The notes beneath the pieces are model-generated. The model was given only the letters and a program-made list of their open reading frames with translations. It ran no database searches and was not told the DNA's origin. Made by a program: the position numbers and the translations under genes. A stretch of 64,000 bases of DNA from Candidatus Falkowbacteria bacterium (lineage in GTDB: Bacteria; Patescibacteriota; Patescibacteriia; Patescibacteriales; UBA12465), in the NCBI GenBank assembly GCA_012800315.1, contig JAAZJO010000001.1:773-64772 (forward strand), written 5' to 3'. Positions 46,787-56,753 of the stretch are shown here, piece by piece (the first letter of the stretch is position 1; each line of letters opens with the position of its first letter).

Positions 46787-48054
46787 TCAAGCATCATTAA
46801 TATAAAAAGAGCAGCTATAACTGGTAGAGCAAAGGCCTCTCTTTTTTTATTTTTAAGTAAAAAGAAAATAAAAATTAAAAAGGCAGAAAAAGCAAAAACT
46901 CCATTCTCTGCCAAAGACAATAAAAAGGAATTATGAACCGGCTGATAATCCCAGGCTGGTTTTTTATTATCATCCAATGAAGCCAAGGCTAGGGTATAAT
47001 TACCTGCCCCTACACCAGTTAACGAATGTTGCTGCAGAATTTTATTAGCTTCCGCGATAGAAGAAGTACGCTCTATAATTGACTTTTGCTCTAAACGTGT
47101 GTCCGCCTTAATGCGCGTAGTAACCAAATCTTGAAAAGGAATAACCGCCATAAAAATCAATAAAGAAGAAAAAAGCAGTAAAGCTAAAAATCGTCCCAAA
47201 ATCCACTTATCTTTATTAACAACAAAAACAATTAACAGCACTAAAAAGCCAAAAAGCAAAGCCAGCCAGGCACTACGAGAAAAAGTAAAAAACAAGGCAT
47301 AAAGAGTAACAAAATAAAAAATAAAAAGAAAAATAGAAGCCCAAACTTGTCGGCGAGAATTGAGCATTTTTTTCTTGGCCAAAATACAAACTGCTATAAT
47401 TAAAGAAACAGCTAAAAGACCGCCTAAAATATTAGGGTGATCAAGTCCACCATAAGCTCTCAGCCAACGACCAGCAGCCGTTTCTACAACGGCGGCGCCT
47501 AAATCAGTTGAGTTATGTGCTGCTAAACCCAAATATTTACAAACCGGAGTGCTTTGAGTAAGAAATTGATAAATACCTAAAATCGCCTGCAAAAAAACTC
47601 CCGACAAAAAACTAAAAACTAAATATGAACGATTAAGTAAAGGTTCTTGGTAATTTTGCTGCATCGTTCCAAAACGAATAATAAAGAAGAGACAAACTCC
47701 CGACAAAATAATAAAAGAGCGATAAAAAGCTAAAAATTTATCGGTCGCGAAAAAAGTAGAAATAAAAACAAAGAAAACAAATGATAACAAGGCATACAAC
47801 ACCCGGCGACAATCGCCAATACACTCTTTTTCACGGGTACTTTGAAATAAAAAAAGAAGCAAAATTAATAAAAGCAAAATCTGACTAGCATAAAGACTAA
47901 TCTCGGAATAATTATTGCTTCCAGGCTGTAAAATTAATTTTGTTTGCCAAGGCAAAAGAAAAACAAATAAATAAATTAAGTATTCGCTTGCTTTTCGCAA
48001 AAATTTAAATAAGCCTTTCTCCATATTTTTCTGCATATTCGCGACGTCGGTCAT
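46723..48054 (-). CDS. O-antigen ligase family (Wzy_C) membrane protein
   Basis: About 10-12 TM helices. Wzy_C-like loop FSRSAWLALLFGFLVLL ... PVHNSFLLSLAENGVFAF. Confidence 0.7.
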   Translation of the reverse strand: MTDVANMQKNMEKGLFKFLRKASEYLIYLFVFLLPWQTKLILQPGSNNYSEISLYASQILLLLILLLFLFQSTREKECIGDCRRVLYALLSFVFFVFISTFFATDKFLAFYRSFIILSGVCLFFIIRFGTMQQNYQEPLLNRSYLVFSFLSGVFLQAILGIYQFLTQSTPVCKYLGLAAHNSTDLGAAVVETAAGRWLRAYGGLDHPNILGGLLAVSLIIAVCILAKKKMLNSRRQVWASIFLFIFYFVTLYALFFTFSRSAWLALLFGFLVLLIVFVVNKDKWILGRFLALLLFSSLLIFMAVIPFQDLVTTRIKADTRLEQKSIIERTSSIAEANKILQQHSLTGVGAGNYTLALASLDDNKKPAWDYQPVHNSFLLSLAENGVFAFSAFLIFIFFLLKNKKREAFALPVIAALFILMMLDHWLLSLPFGVFFLFLILGLI

Positions 48055-48883
48055 GTAAATATAATTTTAAAACCTGATTATTTATAACCACGCCGTCAGA
48101 ATTATTAGCTGCTTCCTTTAGTGCTGGCGGCATAATCGCCAGTTGAAAATCAGCTGATAATTTTTCTAAATAATTTAAAATTTTTGATTTTGAGGAAACA
48201 AAGCAATCTTCAGACTTAAACAAAGCTGTTGGCAAAAGTCCATTAACACTTAAAAACTGTTCATACGTCCTTTTTTTATTATACAATAAAACGAGACTTC
48301 TAAGCCAGTAGTAAAAATAAGGATCACTATTCGCTAATTTAAATTGCTCCAAATTCATCTTAGCCGCCGATAAATAAAAACTTAAACATATTTTATCTCG
48401 CTTATTTTTTTCTGTCGGACGACTCTTAGCTAATTTAGCTACACCAGTACAAAATAAACGCGTTAACCATAACCGCTGTGGTGCTGTAATAATTAAAAAA
48501 TCAATATCGCTGCCATCGCGCATATTATTTTGGCCAATAGAATTGGCTAAAATAACACATCTAACAAACGGGCAAACTTTAAATATCTTGGTAAATCGTT
48601 GAGCAATTTTAATTTTCCGCCAAGAATAATTATGACGTAAGGCCCGCGTGTTTAAAATTTCCCGGCGATCAGATAAAAAGAAAAAGCCATTTTCTTGCTT
48701 AATCTTTTTAATAGATACTAAAAAATCAAGAGTAGCAATTATTTCGCTCAAAGCTACTTGTTTATCTAAATACTTAAAAACTTCATAAGCTGTTAACGGG
48801 TAATCAAATAAATCAAAAAAAATAATTACTCGTCTAACTGTCTCCGCCAAGTCTTCTTGGTTTTTTGAAATACTATTGAGCAT
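48005..48883 (-). CDS. Hypothetical protein, possible nucleotidyltransferase fold
   Basis: ILANSIGQNNMRDGSDIDFLIIT resembles the G[SG]-x(9-13)-DxD minimal NTase motif. This is otherwise unrecognised and the call is weak. Confidence 0.3.
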   Translation of the reverse strand: MLNSISKNQEDLAETVRRVIIFFDLFDYPLTAYEVFKYLDKQVALSEIIATLDFLVSIKKIKQENGFFFLSDRREILNTRALRHNYSWRKIKIAQRFTKIFKVCPFVRCVILANSIGQNNMRDGSDIDFLIITAPQRLWLTRLFCTGVAKLAKSRPTEKNKRDKICLSFYLSAAKMNLEQFKLANSDPYFYYWLRSLVLLYNKKRTYEQFLSVNGLLPTALFKSEDCFVSSKSKILNYLEKLSADFQLAIMPPALKEAANNSDGVVINNQVLKLYLHDRRREYAEKYGERLI

Positions 48884-49997
48884 TTTTCGGACGATCTATT
48901 TTTAAAACCTCAACGGTACTTTTTCCTTCAGTAATTTTAGTGATATCTTTATCAATCTTTTTAAACTCTACATAAGCATTATTATAATGATTAACAGTTG
49001 TTGACATGCTCATGCCTAGTTTTTTCATGAATTCATCATAACTATTCATGTGTTTACCCAACTTCTCAATATTCGCCCGAATTTCTTTAGCTCTTTCCTC
49101 AATTTGCATCGCTTTGAGTCCCTGAAGAACAGTTTGTAAATAGGCCAAAAAAGAGGTTGGCGAAACAATGATCACTTTTTTATCACGAATAGCATATTCA
49201 ATTAAATCGCGCGTATTAACTTTAACTGCCCCCACCTTATTAATTAATAAATCATAATAAATAGCCTCAGAGGGAATAAACATAAAAGCAAAATCCATCG
49301 TTTTTCTCTCCGGTAAAACATATTTAGCTGTTTCATCAATCCGATTTTTCAAATCTTGCTTAAAAGCTGCTTCTAATTTTTCACGCACCTCTTGATTAGA
49401 CGCCTCTAAAATACGCTCATAATTTTCTAAAGAAAACTTAGCGTCAATTGGAATAATTTTATCCTTAACAAAAACAACCGCATCAACAATCAAGTCTTTG
49501 CCTGTTCGTTCATCCTTGCCTAGTGGATATTGCATTTGATAAGAATTAGGCGGCAAAACATTTTTCAAAGTTTCTTCTAAAAAATATTCTCCCAAAACTC
49601 CTCGTTGTTTCGGGTTTTTTAAAATGTCCTGTAGATTTTGAAGTTGGGCAGAAAAGTTAATCACTTGTTTATTAGTTTCATCAAGCTTGGTTAATTTTTC
49701 GGTCACCTCAGCAATTAATTTCGCTGATTGAGCAGTAATATTTTGCACAATACGCGTGGTTTGACTAAATTGATCCTGATTGGAGCGATGAGTTTCTGAT
49801 AATTTTTTATCAAGTTCTTGACGCAATTCCGAATTTTGAGAAGATAATTGAGATAATTTTTCTGATTGCTGAATTAAGCGCTCAGTTAAAGAATCAATTT
49901 TAGCTCCACTGCCACTATCTTTGCGACGCAGTAATAAAAAAATTACCAAAGCGATGCCAATAATTAAAATTGCCAACAAAAAATAAATTAACGACAT
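48873..49997 (-). CDS. rmuC: DNA recombination protein RmuC
   Basis: N-terminal TM + long coiled coil, then an RmuC nuclease-like core (..DAVVFVKDKIIPIDAKFSLENY.. ..FMFIPSEAIY..). Confidence 0.8.
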   Translation of the reverse strand: MSLIYFLLAILIIGIALVIFLLLRRKDSGSGAKIDSLTERLIQQSEKLSQLSSQNSELRQELDKKLSETHRSNQDQFSQTTRIVQNITAQSAKLIAEVTEKLTKLDETNKQVINFSAQLQNLQDILKNPKQRGVLGEYFLEETLKNVLPPNSYQMQYPLGKDERTGKDLIVDAVVFVKDKIIPIDAKFSLENYERILEASNQEVREKLEAAFKQDLKNRIDETAKYVLPERKTMDFAFMFIPSEAIYYDLLINKVGAVKVNTRDLIEYAIRDKKVIIVSPTSFLAYLQTVLQGLKAMQIEERAKEIRANIEKLGKHMNSYDEFMKKLGMSMSTTVNHYNNAYVEFKKIDKDITKITEGKSTVEVLKIDRPKNAQ

Positions 49998-50012
49998 ATT
50001 TATAAAAATTGA

Positions 50013-50492
50013 TTATTCTTTTTTTAATAAATCTCTAATTTCGGTCAACAATTCCTGATCCTTAGTTAGGGGCTTAGGTGTTTCTTCAGTCTTTTCTTTT
50101 TCTTCTTTAATCAATCTTTTCTTTAAACGCCCAATCATTTTCACCATAATGAAAACTGCCAAAGAAATAACTAAGAAATCAAAAACATTTTGAATAAACA
50201 CACCAATATTCATGGTAACTGCTTGCTTAATCACCTCACCATTTTCAGCTAAAACAGCGGGTCGCAAAATCCACTTCCAACCAGTAAAATTTACTCCCCC
50301 AACCAAAACACCAACTAATGGCATAACAATATCAGCTACCAAAGAAGAAACAATTTTTCCAAAAGCAGCACCAATAACTACTGCTACTACTAAATCAACA
50401 ACATTTCCTTTAACAGCGAAATCTTTAAATTCTTTTAACCAATTAGCACTCTTACTTTTTTTAATTTTTTTAACTATATTTTTATCTTCCAT
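50013..50492 (-). CDS. mscL: Large-conductance mechanosensitive channel MscL
   Basis: LKEFKDFAVKGNVVDLVVAVVIGAAFGKIVSSLVADIVMPLVG is the canonical MscL TM1 region. It has a second TM helix and a charged C-terminal helix. An ~18-aa basic N-terminal extension is present. Confidence 0.9.
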   Translation of the reverse strand: MEDKNIVKKIKKSKSANWLKEFKDFAVKGNVVDLVVAVVIGAAFGKIVSSLVADIVMPLVGVLVGGVNFTGWKWILRPAVLAENGEVIKQAVTMNIGVFIQNVFDFLVISLAVFIMVKMIGRLKKRLIKEEKEKTEETPKPLTKDQELLTEIRDLLKKE

Positions 50493-50532
50493 ATTCTTTA
50501 ATCTTAATTTTATATCTTTATTTATAATTCAT

Positions 50533-50560
50533 AAAAGCCGGCTTTTAGAGCCGGCTTTAA
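50533..50560 (-). terminator. Rho-independent terminator after gyrA
   Basis: Two copies of the self-complementary AGCCGGCT separated by 5 nt, followed by a T-run on the minus strand. Confidence 0.7.
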
Positions 50561-50562
50561 AA

Positions 50563-53088
50563 TTAAACCCAAGTTACGCCAGCCACTTTATCCCCCTCTT
50601 CTTTAAATTTCATCATTCTCACACCTTGCGTATCACGCCCTAAAACATTAACTGATTTAAACGGAGTTCTGATCACCTGTCCTTTTTCAGAAATAATAAT
50701 CAAATCTCTATCTTCCATGCTAACGGCATTAATTAAAAAGGCATTGGTAATATCTCCAGTTTTATCGGTTGTTTTAGCAGTCTTAATACCGCTGCCACCA
50801 CGTCCCTGAACTTTATAGGAAGAAATATCAGTGCGTTTTCCAAAACCATTAGCCATAATCGTTAACACTTGATATTTTCTCTTCTTTTCTTTATCAGTTT
50901 TAGCAATTCCCATGCCAATCACCCGATCCCCTTTCTTTAAACGAATACCATGAACACCAGCTGCTCCTCGCCCCATGCTACGAACATCGGTTTCAACAAA
51001 TCTGATTGCCTGACCTTTGGCTGATATCAACATAATATGGTCACTACCTGAGGTCGGTTTAACCCAGATAAGTTTATCATTATCTTTAATTTTAATAGCA
51101 ATTAAGCCGCTACGACGAACATTGTTAAAGGCACTCAGCTCAACTTTTTTAACCAATCCTTGCTCGGTAGCAAAAAATAAATATTTACTAAAAATAGTTT
51201 TATCTAAAGGCAAAATGGAAGATACTTGTTCATTGCTAGTTAATTGTAAAAAATTAATCACCGGTGTGCCTTTGGCGATCCGAGAGGCTTGGGGAATTTC
51301 ATAAACCTTTAACTGAAAAACACGTCCCTTAGTTGTGAAGAATAAAACATCATTATGGGTTTGTGAAGTAAACATGAATTCAACTGTATCCTCTTCTTTG
51401 GTTGTTAAGCCCATCACACCCTTGCCGCCCCGTGCCTGAACCTTAAAAGTATCTGGCTCAAGTCTCTTAATATATCCGTCACGAGTCATCATAACCACTG
51501 TTTCTTCATTCGGCACCAAATCTTCCATACTAAACTCACCCACTCCATGTGCGACCACTGTTGTTTTTCTATCATCACCATATTTATCAACCAAAACCTG
51601 TAATTCATCTTTAACAATCTTTCTAATTTTTATTACTGATTTTAAGATTGATTCTAATTCTTTAATTAAAGCTAATTTTTCTTTTAATTCTGTTTCAATC
51701 TTTATGCGCTCCAAATTAGCCAAGCTCTGTAGACGCATTTCCAGAATAGCTATTGCTTGACGATCAGATAATTTAAATTTCTTTATTAAATTAATCTTAG
51801 CAACCTCCTTGTCCTTAGAGGCTTTAATTGTCTTAATTACTTCATCAATATTTTTCAAGGCAATCATTAAGCCTTCTAAAATATGAGCGCGATCTTTAGC
51901 TTTATTTAATTCAAATTGAGTGCGACGACGTACAACCTCTTCACGATGCTTAATATATTCTTCTAAAATCATCTTTAAGGTTAAAATCTTTGGCTGAATG
52001 CCATCAACCAAGGCCAACATATTAAGATGAAAGGTAGTTTGCAAAGAAGTATATTTATATAAACTATTCAAAACCTTTTTCGGATAAGAATCTTTTTTCA
52101 ACTCCATCACAATTCTCACGCCCTCCTTATCAGATTCATCTCGTAAAGCCTTAATACCATCAATTTTTTTATCTTTTATTAAGGTGGCAATTTTCATAAC
52201 CAAGTCCGCTTTATTAACCTGATAAGGAATTTCGGAAACAATGATTTGGAAACCGCCATTTTTCATTTCTTCAATATCTGCTTTGCCGCGAAGAACGATG
52301 CCACCCTTACCAGTCGCATAAGCTTCTAGTATTGCTTTTTTATCATAAATAATTCCTCCGGTTGGAAAATCTGGTCCCTTTACAAACTGCATTAGATCCT
52401 CAACACTAGCCTCTGGATTATCAATTAAATGATCAATTGCTCCCGCCAACTCTCTTAAATTATGAGGGGGAATATTGGTTGCCATACCAACAGCAATTCC
52501 CATTGTCCCGTTCAATAACAACTGCGGAAGTTTAGCGGGTAAAACACGTGGCTCTTTTCTGCTGCCATCATAATTAGGAATAAAATCAACTGTCTCTTTA
52601 TCTAAATCAAACAGCATTTCTTCAGAAATCGCAGAAAGTTTAGCCTCAGTATAACGCATAGCCGCTGCGCTATCGCCATCCATTGAGCCAAAGTTTCCTT
52701 GGCCACGCACTAAAGGATAACGCATTGAAAAATCCTGGGCCAAACGAACCATTGAGTCATAAACAGCACTATCACCATGTGGATGATATTTACCTAAAAC
52801 CTCACCAACAACCGTCGCTGATTTACGAAATTTTCCATTCGCTCTTAAACCAATATCCCACATCGCATACAAAATACGACGATGAACTGGCTTTAAACCA
52901 TCACGCACATCTGGTAAAGCACGAGAAATAATAACGCTCATCGCATATTCAAGATATGAGCGACGCATTTCCTCTTCTAGCGGCTGTTCTTCAATTATTC
53001 CGTATTCTGTTTGCTGACGAAGATTATTTGCTGGTTTATCTTTCTCTTTCGCAATAGGTTTTTTTTGATCTTTCTCAGTCTTTGACAT
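50563..53088 (-). CDS. gyrA: DNA gyrase subunit A
   Basis: Active-site region [10 protein letters not shown]; QRDR-like [14 protein letters not shown]; C-terminal beta-pinwheel with GyrA-box-like QARGGKG / QGRGGSG. Confidence 0.96.
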   Translation of the reverse strand: MSKTEKDQKKPIAKEKDKPANNLRQQTEYGIIEEQPLEEEMRRSYLEYAMSVIISRALPDVRDGLKPVHRRILYAMWDIGLRANGKFRKSATVVGEVLGKYHPHGDSAVYDSMVRLAQDFSMRYPLVRGQGNFGSMDGDSAAAMRYTEAKLSAISEEMLFDLDKETVDFIPNYDGSRKEPRVLPAKLPQLLLNGTMGIAVGMATNIPPHNLRELAGAIDHLIDNPEASVEDLMQFVKGPDFPTGGIIYDKKAILEAYATGKGGIVLRGKADIEEMKNGGFQIIVSEIPYQVNKADLVMKIATLIKDKKIDGIKALRDESDKEGVRIVMELKKDSYPKKVLNSLYKYTSLQTTFHLNMLALVDGIQPKILTLKMILEEYIKHREEVVRRRTQFELNKAKDRAHILEGLMIALKNIDEVIKTIKASKDKEVAKINLIKKFKLSDRQAIAILEMRLQSLANLERIKIETELKEKLALIKELESILKSVIKIRKIVKDELQVLVDKYGDDRKTTVVAHGVGEFSMEDLVPNEETVVMMTRDGYIKRLEPDTFKVQARGGKGVMGLTTKEEDTVEFMFTSQTHNDVLFFTTKGRVFQLKVYEIPQASRIAKGTPVINFLQLTSNEQVSSILPLDKTIFSKYLFFATEQGLVKKVELSAFNNVRRSGLIAIKIKDNDKLIWVKPTSGSDHIMLISAKGQAIRFVETDVRSMGRGAAGVHGIRLKKGDRVIGMGIAKTDKEKKRKYQVLTIMANGFGKRTDISSYKVQGRGGSGIKTAKTTDKTGDITNAFLINAVSMEDRDLIIISEKGQVIRTPFKSVNVLGRDTQGVRMMKFKEEGDKVAGVTWV

Positions 53089-53097
53089 AAATAAAAA

Positions 53098-53538
53098 TTA
53101 ATACACTAATTCAGTTATTCCCTCACAACCGATTGGGATGCTACAGGAACGAGCAGCGCCAATTGTTGGCATACAATTTATATAAGCAGGGCAACTTGAA
53201 TTTAAATCTTTAGGCTCGGGTAATTCTGGGATAATAATAGGTTGTTCTTCTGAAACAGGAGAAATATCAGGCATTAAAATATCAGAGCTTGAAGTAGCTG
53301 GCAGAAAATTTTCTGACTCAACTTCTTTTATCTTATTTAATCCTTCATTTAACTTATCTAAAGTTTCATTAAGCTCATCACGGATAGACTGCAATTCTTC
53401 TTTATCTTGATTTACTTCTGAAGCCTGCTTAATAAACGAATGCTTCATAACAAAAAGCCAAAAAACGAAAACTAGAATCATGATTAAAATCACTCCGACT
53501 TTCATAATCTTTTTTCTCTCATCTTGATTCTCTTTCAT
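53098..53538 (-). CDS. Hypothetical single-pass membrane protein with coiled coil and Cys-containing C-terminus
   Basis: TM VGVILIMILVFVFWLFV, coiled coil (ELQSIRDELNETLDKLNEGLNKIKE), C-terminal CPAYINCMPTIGAARSCSIPIGCEG. Confidence 0.45.
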   Translation of the reverse strand: MKENQDERKKIMKVGVILIMILVFVFWLFVMKHSFIKQASEVNQDKEELQSIRDELNETLDKLNEGLNKIKEVESENFLPATSSSDILMPDISPVSEEQPIIIPELPEPKDLNSSCPAYINCMPTIGAARSCSIPIGCEGITELVY

Positions 53539-53570
53539 AAATATTTTAGCACCTCTTAAACTCTTTAAAG

Positions 53571-54173
53571 TTATTCATTAATATTATCAAGATTAATGTC
53601 ATACAAAATATGCTCGGCAAACAAGCGATATTTTAAAATTTCTTCTTCAGTAAACCAGATTGGGATTTCTCTAGCTGCATCTTCAACCGGATCAGAGCAA
53701 TGAATCAAATTACGAACAGCCCGCTCATCTAGGCTGGCTAAATCATAAGAATCTAAAGTATAGTCACCACGAATAGTCCCACCATCAGAAGACAAGGGTT
53801 CGGTTGAACCAACAATTTTTTTAACAATGCCAACTGCTTGATTTCCTTCCCAAATCATCGGAACGACTGGACCACAACTCATAAACTTAACTAAAGCACG
53901 AATAATATCTTTACCATATTCAATCGCTTCCTTTTCAATTGGCATACCAGCCGCCTTTCTTTCTGCAACAATTCTTTCCCCCTTGCTTAAAAACCAAGCA
54001 TCGTCCTTAGCATAATGCTTCCACAGCTGCTCTTCAGTAGCAATAATCATTTTCATGGCCACTAATTTTAAACCAGTGTTTTCAATTCTTTTAATTAATT
54101 CACCAATTAAGCCGCGCTGCACAGCGTCAGGTTTAAGGATAACCAAAGTTCTTTCTTTTTTCGGATTAATCAT
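53571..54173 (-). CDS. ndk: Nucleoside diphosphate kinase (long form with internal insertion)
   Basis: ERTLVILKPDAVQRGLIGELI start, active-site His in NLIHCSD. About 200 aa versus the usual ~140-150, because of an insertion after the KHYA motif and a C-terminal tail. Confidence 0.8.
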   Translation of the reverse strand: MINPKKERTLVILKPDAVQRGLIGELIKRIENTGLKLVAMKMIIATEEQLWKHYAKDDAWFLSKGERIVAERKAAGMPIEKEAIEYGKDIIRALVKFMSCGPVVPMIWEGNQAVGIVKKIVGSTEPLSSDGGTIRGDYTLDSYDLASLDERAVRNLIHCSDPVEDAAREIPIWFTEEEILKYRLFAEHILYDINLDNINE

Positions 54174-54177
54174 AAAT

Positions 54178-54822
54178 TTAAATACTTAATATTACTAATT
54201 CCATATCTTCTTGAGGAAGATCTTTTTTAGAAATTTTTAATTTTTCTTCATAACTTGGGGCGACGCCAATTTCTTTAATAAACTTATCTAGTGGATCAAG
54301 GTCAATTTTTACGCCTTCAGTTTTATAATGCATCGGAATAACAATGCGTGGTTCAATCTGGGAAATTACTTCTACTGCCTTCTTCGCATCAATTGTGTAT
54401 TTTCCGCCAACTGGAATTAATAAAATATCCGTTCCGGCTAATTTTTCAAGCTGGGCACTATCCAAAACATCCCCTAAATCACCCAGGTGAACAACTGAAA
54501 TATCATCAATTTCAATACGATATATTATATTATTTCCTCTTTCCTTGCCTTGCTGACTATCATGATAAGAATCAATTCCCTCAATTAAAACTTCTTTTTT
54601 ATCATATTCACCAGCACAAGAAATAACAAAAGGGTTGCCGCGAATCGCGCCAACATTATTATGATCATGATGATCATGGGAAATTGTAACAATATCCGCT
54701 TCAAAATTCGGAACCTTAAGTCCCACTTCCTTGCCAAAAGGATCGGTAACAACTGTCACTCCTTCTGGGCCAATTTTATCTTGAAGTTTAAAGCATGAGT
54801 GCCCTTGCCAAGTAATAATCAT
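54178..54822 (-). CDS. MBL-fold metallo-hydrolase
   Basis: ISHDHHDHNN (HxHxDH) motif. 214 aa, small UlaG/YtkL-like size. Confidence 0.75.
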   Translation of the reverse strand: MIITWQGHSCFKLQDKIGPEGVTVVTDPFGKEVGLKVPNFEADIVTISHDHHDHNNVGAIRGNPFVISCAGEYDKKEVLIEGIDSYHDSQQGKERGNNIIYRIEIDDISVVHLGDLGDVLDSAQLEKLAGTDILLIPVGGKYTIDAKKAVEVISQIEPRIVIPMHYKTEGVKIDLDPLDKFIKEIGVAPSYEEKLKISKKDLPQEDMELVILSI

Positions 54823-54922
54823 ATATCTTAAACAATAAAAAAGGTCGTCTAACCTTAAAAATATTATAGCAAAAGATACCTATCAGGTCAAACAAAAAAT
54901 AAGCTTAAAAATAATAAAAAAA

Positions 54923-55756
54923 CTAGCTTTTACTTGCCCCAAAAACTTTAATAGTCCCCTCAATATCCGTTCTTTTGATATCTATATTTAAGCTTTTTAC
55001 CCTATCTAAAACCTCTTCATGAGGATGGTTAAAACGATTATTAGCGCCAGCGGAAATCACAAAAATTTTTGGCTTAACTGCTCGTAAAAAGGCTTCACCA
55101 TTAGACGTTTTAGAGCCATGATGAGAGGCTTTCATAATTTCTACCGACCAATCATATCCAGTTGCCAGTAAAGCCTTTTCCACTGCCAAACTATTATCAC
55201 CACTAAAAATAGCCCTTAACCCATCACAATCTAATTTAACGACAATTGAATTATTATCATCCTCTGACACACTTAAAGCTGCAGGATTTAACAAAAAAAG
55301 AGAACAAGAGGCTGAGTAATTTATTTTTGCTTCATTTTTAAGATTAATTAAATTAACTCCTCTGACCCGAGCTTCTTTTAATAATTCAGCTAAAAATTCA
55401 GTTTTATTTACATCGTCCACATAAATAATAGTATCAATCTTATAACGATAAAGAATTTCTAATAAGCCAATGACATGATCATCATGTGAATGGCTTAAAA
55501 TCACTAAATCAATTTTCCTTTTAAAAAAAGGTAAATTTTCTCCCAAACGCTTTAAAACTAAATTATCTGGACCACCATCTATTAGAATAGTCTTTCCTTT
55601 AGCAATTTTTATTAAGGCAGCGTCACCCTGACCAACATCTAAAAAATCAACTTCCGTTAATTTTTGATGGGAATTAAAAAATATTATGACCAAAAACAAT
55701 AAGCCAAGCAGCAAGGCGACAATAAATAAAAAAGTATTTTTTCTTTTTTGTAGCAT
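54923..55756 (-). CDS. Membrane-anchored ComEC/Rec2-type metallo-beta-lactamase domain protein (stand-alone)
   Basis: N-terminal TM, then FLDVGQGDAALI and LSHSHDDHVIGL, then KASHHGSK. This pattern is typical of the C-terminal lactamase domain of ComEC. No competence-channel TM region is present. Confidence 0.7.
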   Translation of the reverse strand: MLQKRKNTFLFIVALLLGLLFLVIIFFNSHQKLTEVDFLDVGQGDAALIKIAKGKTILIDGGPDNLVLKRLGENLPFFKRKIDLVILSHSHDDHVIGLLEILYRYKIDTIIYVDDVNKTEFLAELLKEARVRGVNLINLKNEAKINYSASCSLFLLNPAALSVSEDDNNSIVVKLDCDGLRAIFSGDNSLAVEKALLATGYDWSVEIMKASHHGSKTSNGEAFLRAVKPKIFVISAGANNRFNHPHEEVLDRVKSLNIDIKRTDIEGTIKVFGASKS

Positions 55757-55845
55757 AGCTTAATTAATATAAAAATATTCACTCATTATATAATAAAGAG
55801 GCTAAATAAAATCTAAAGAAATAAATTTAACAAAACCCTAAGTGA

Positions 55846-55873
55846 TTGACATTTTTATTAAAAGGTGGATAAT
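55846..55873 (+). promoter_or_regulatory. Sigma70-like promoter (TTGACA-16 nt-GATAAT) for the 55937 ORF
   Basis: Perfect -35 TTGACA at 55846-55851 and GATAAT at 55868-55873. Confidence 0.45.
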
Positions 55874-55936
55874 AGATAAACTATCGTTCTTTAAAAAGAA
55901 AATAAAAAAAATAAATATAACCTAAATCTTTAAGAA

Positions 55937-56617
55937 ATGGAGAAATTATATTTTGATTTAATGCCGAAATGTTCAGCGATAGCATCACTATCGCCAAACA
56001 ATAAGCTGAACGCCCTAGAGCAAGCGGTTGATATTTTGGCTGGCAAAAAAAGTTTAGAAGAAAAAATAAACGAAGAAATTGCTAACTTCGTTTACAATCT
56101 GCGTAACTATTTAATACCAGTAAAACAAATGGAGGATTTTAAAAAAATTAAACCCCTGGCTCAAAGAAAAATGGAAAAAACCATCCTGCAGTACGAGGGG
56201 GTGTTAATCAGGGTGCCAAGGAAGCTAACAGAAAAGATGGCTGAGATTGCTTTTCAATATTCTCCCGATATGAGAAAAATTGAAATAAAATTTCTTCAAC
56301 AACATTCTTCATCCTATTTCCTGGCCAGAAAAAAAATTTCTGGACACATGGAGCCCGCTATCATCATGAACTTTTTTAACAATCTAGGTAAGGAGCATGG
56401 CCGGCTAATTGTGGCTGACATATTAATAAAAGCTGAGTTTGATATAAAAACTGAACAATCAATTATTATCATCAATGCTTATAAATCAAATATTAAAACT
56501 CCAACTAAAAAATTAATCCTTGATTGGAATCATCTTTTTATTGAAAAGGGAGAAAAAGTTCTTGCTGTCCCCGATACCCAGGAATACATTAAATTAAAAA
56601 CCATCAAAACTGCGTAG
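55937..56617 (+). CDS. Hypothetical protein (no recognisable domain)
   Basis: 226-aa ORF with its own promoter-like element and a strong terminator. It is the only plus-strand gene in its neighbourhood. Confidence 0.5.
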   Translation: MEKLYFDLMPKCSAIASLSPNNKLNALEQAVDILAGKKSLEEKINEEIANFVYNLRNYLIPVKQMEDFKKIKPLAQRKMEKTILQYEGVLIRVPRKLTEKMAEIAFQYSPDMRKIEIKFLQQHSSSYFLARKKISGHMEPAIIMNFFNNLGKEHGRLIVADILIKAEFDIKTEQSIIIINAYKSNIKTPTKKLILDWNHLFIEKGEKVLAVPDTQEYIKLKTIKTA

Positions 56618-56623
56618 GCTCTA

Positions 56624-56656
56624 AAAGGCTACTCAATTAATTGAGTAGCCTTTTTT
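56624..56656 (+). terminator. Rho-independent terminator after the 55937-56617 ORF
   Basis: AAGGCTACTCAATT/AATTGAGTAGCCTT perfect inverted repeat followed by TTTTTT. Confidence 0.8.
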
Positions 56657-56666
56657 CTTTGACTAA

Positions 56667-56697
56667 CAAAAAACGTTCTAAAGATAGAACGTTCTTT
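56667..56697 (-). terminator. Rho-independent terminator after the histone-like gene
   Basis: The minus strand reads AGAACGTT-CTATCTTT-AGAACGTT... i.e. AACGTTCT/AGAACGTT stem, followed by TTTTTT. Confidence 0.65.
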
Positions 56698-56753
56698 GTA
56701 TAATTTTTAAATCAATAAAACTTATTAATGATTAATTAATAAATTTTAATAAT

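Noticed and set aside
50212-50643. 143-aa plus-strand ORF spanning mscL and the gyrA 3' end.
   Set aside because: It is antisense to two confidently identified genes and crosses a terminator hairpin, which is not credible for a gene.
54839-54860. Hairpin AAGGT-n6-ACCTT followed by a T-run downstream of the ComEC-like gene, considered as a terminator.
   Set aside because: The stem is only 5 bp and AT-containing, too weak to report as a feature.
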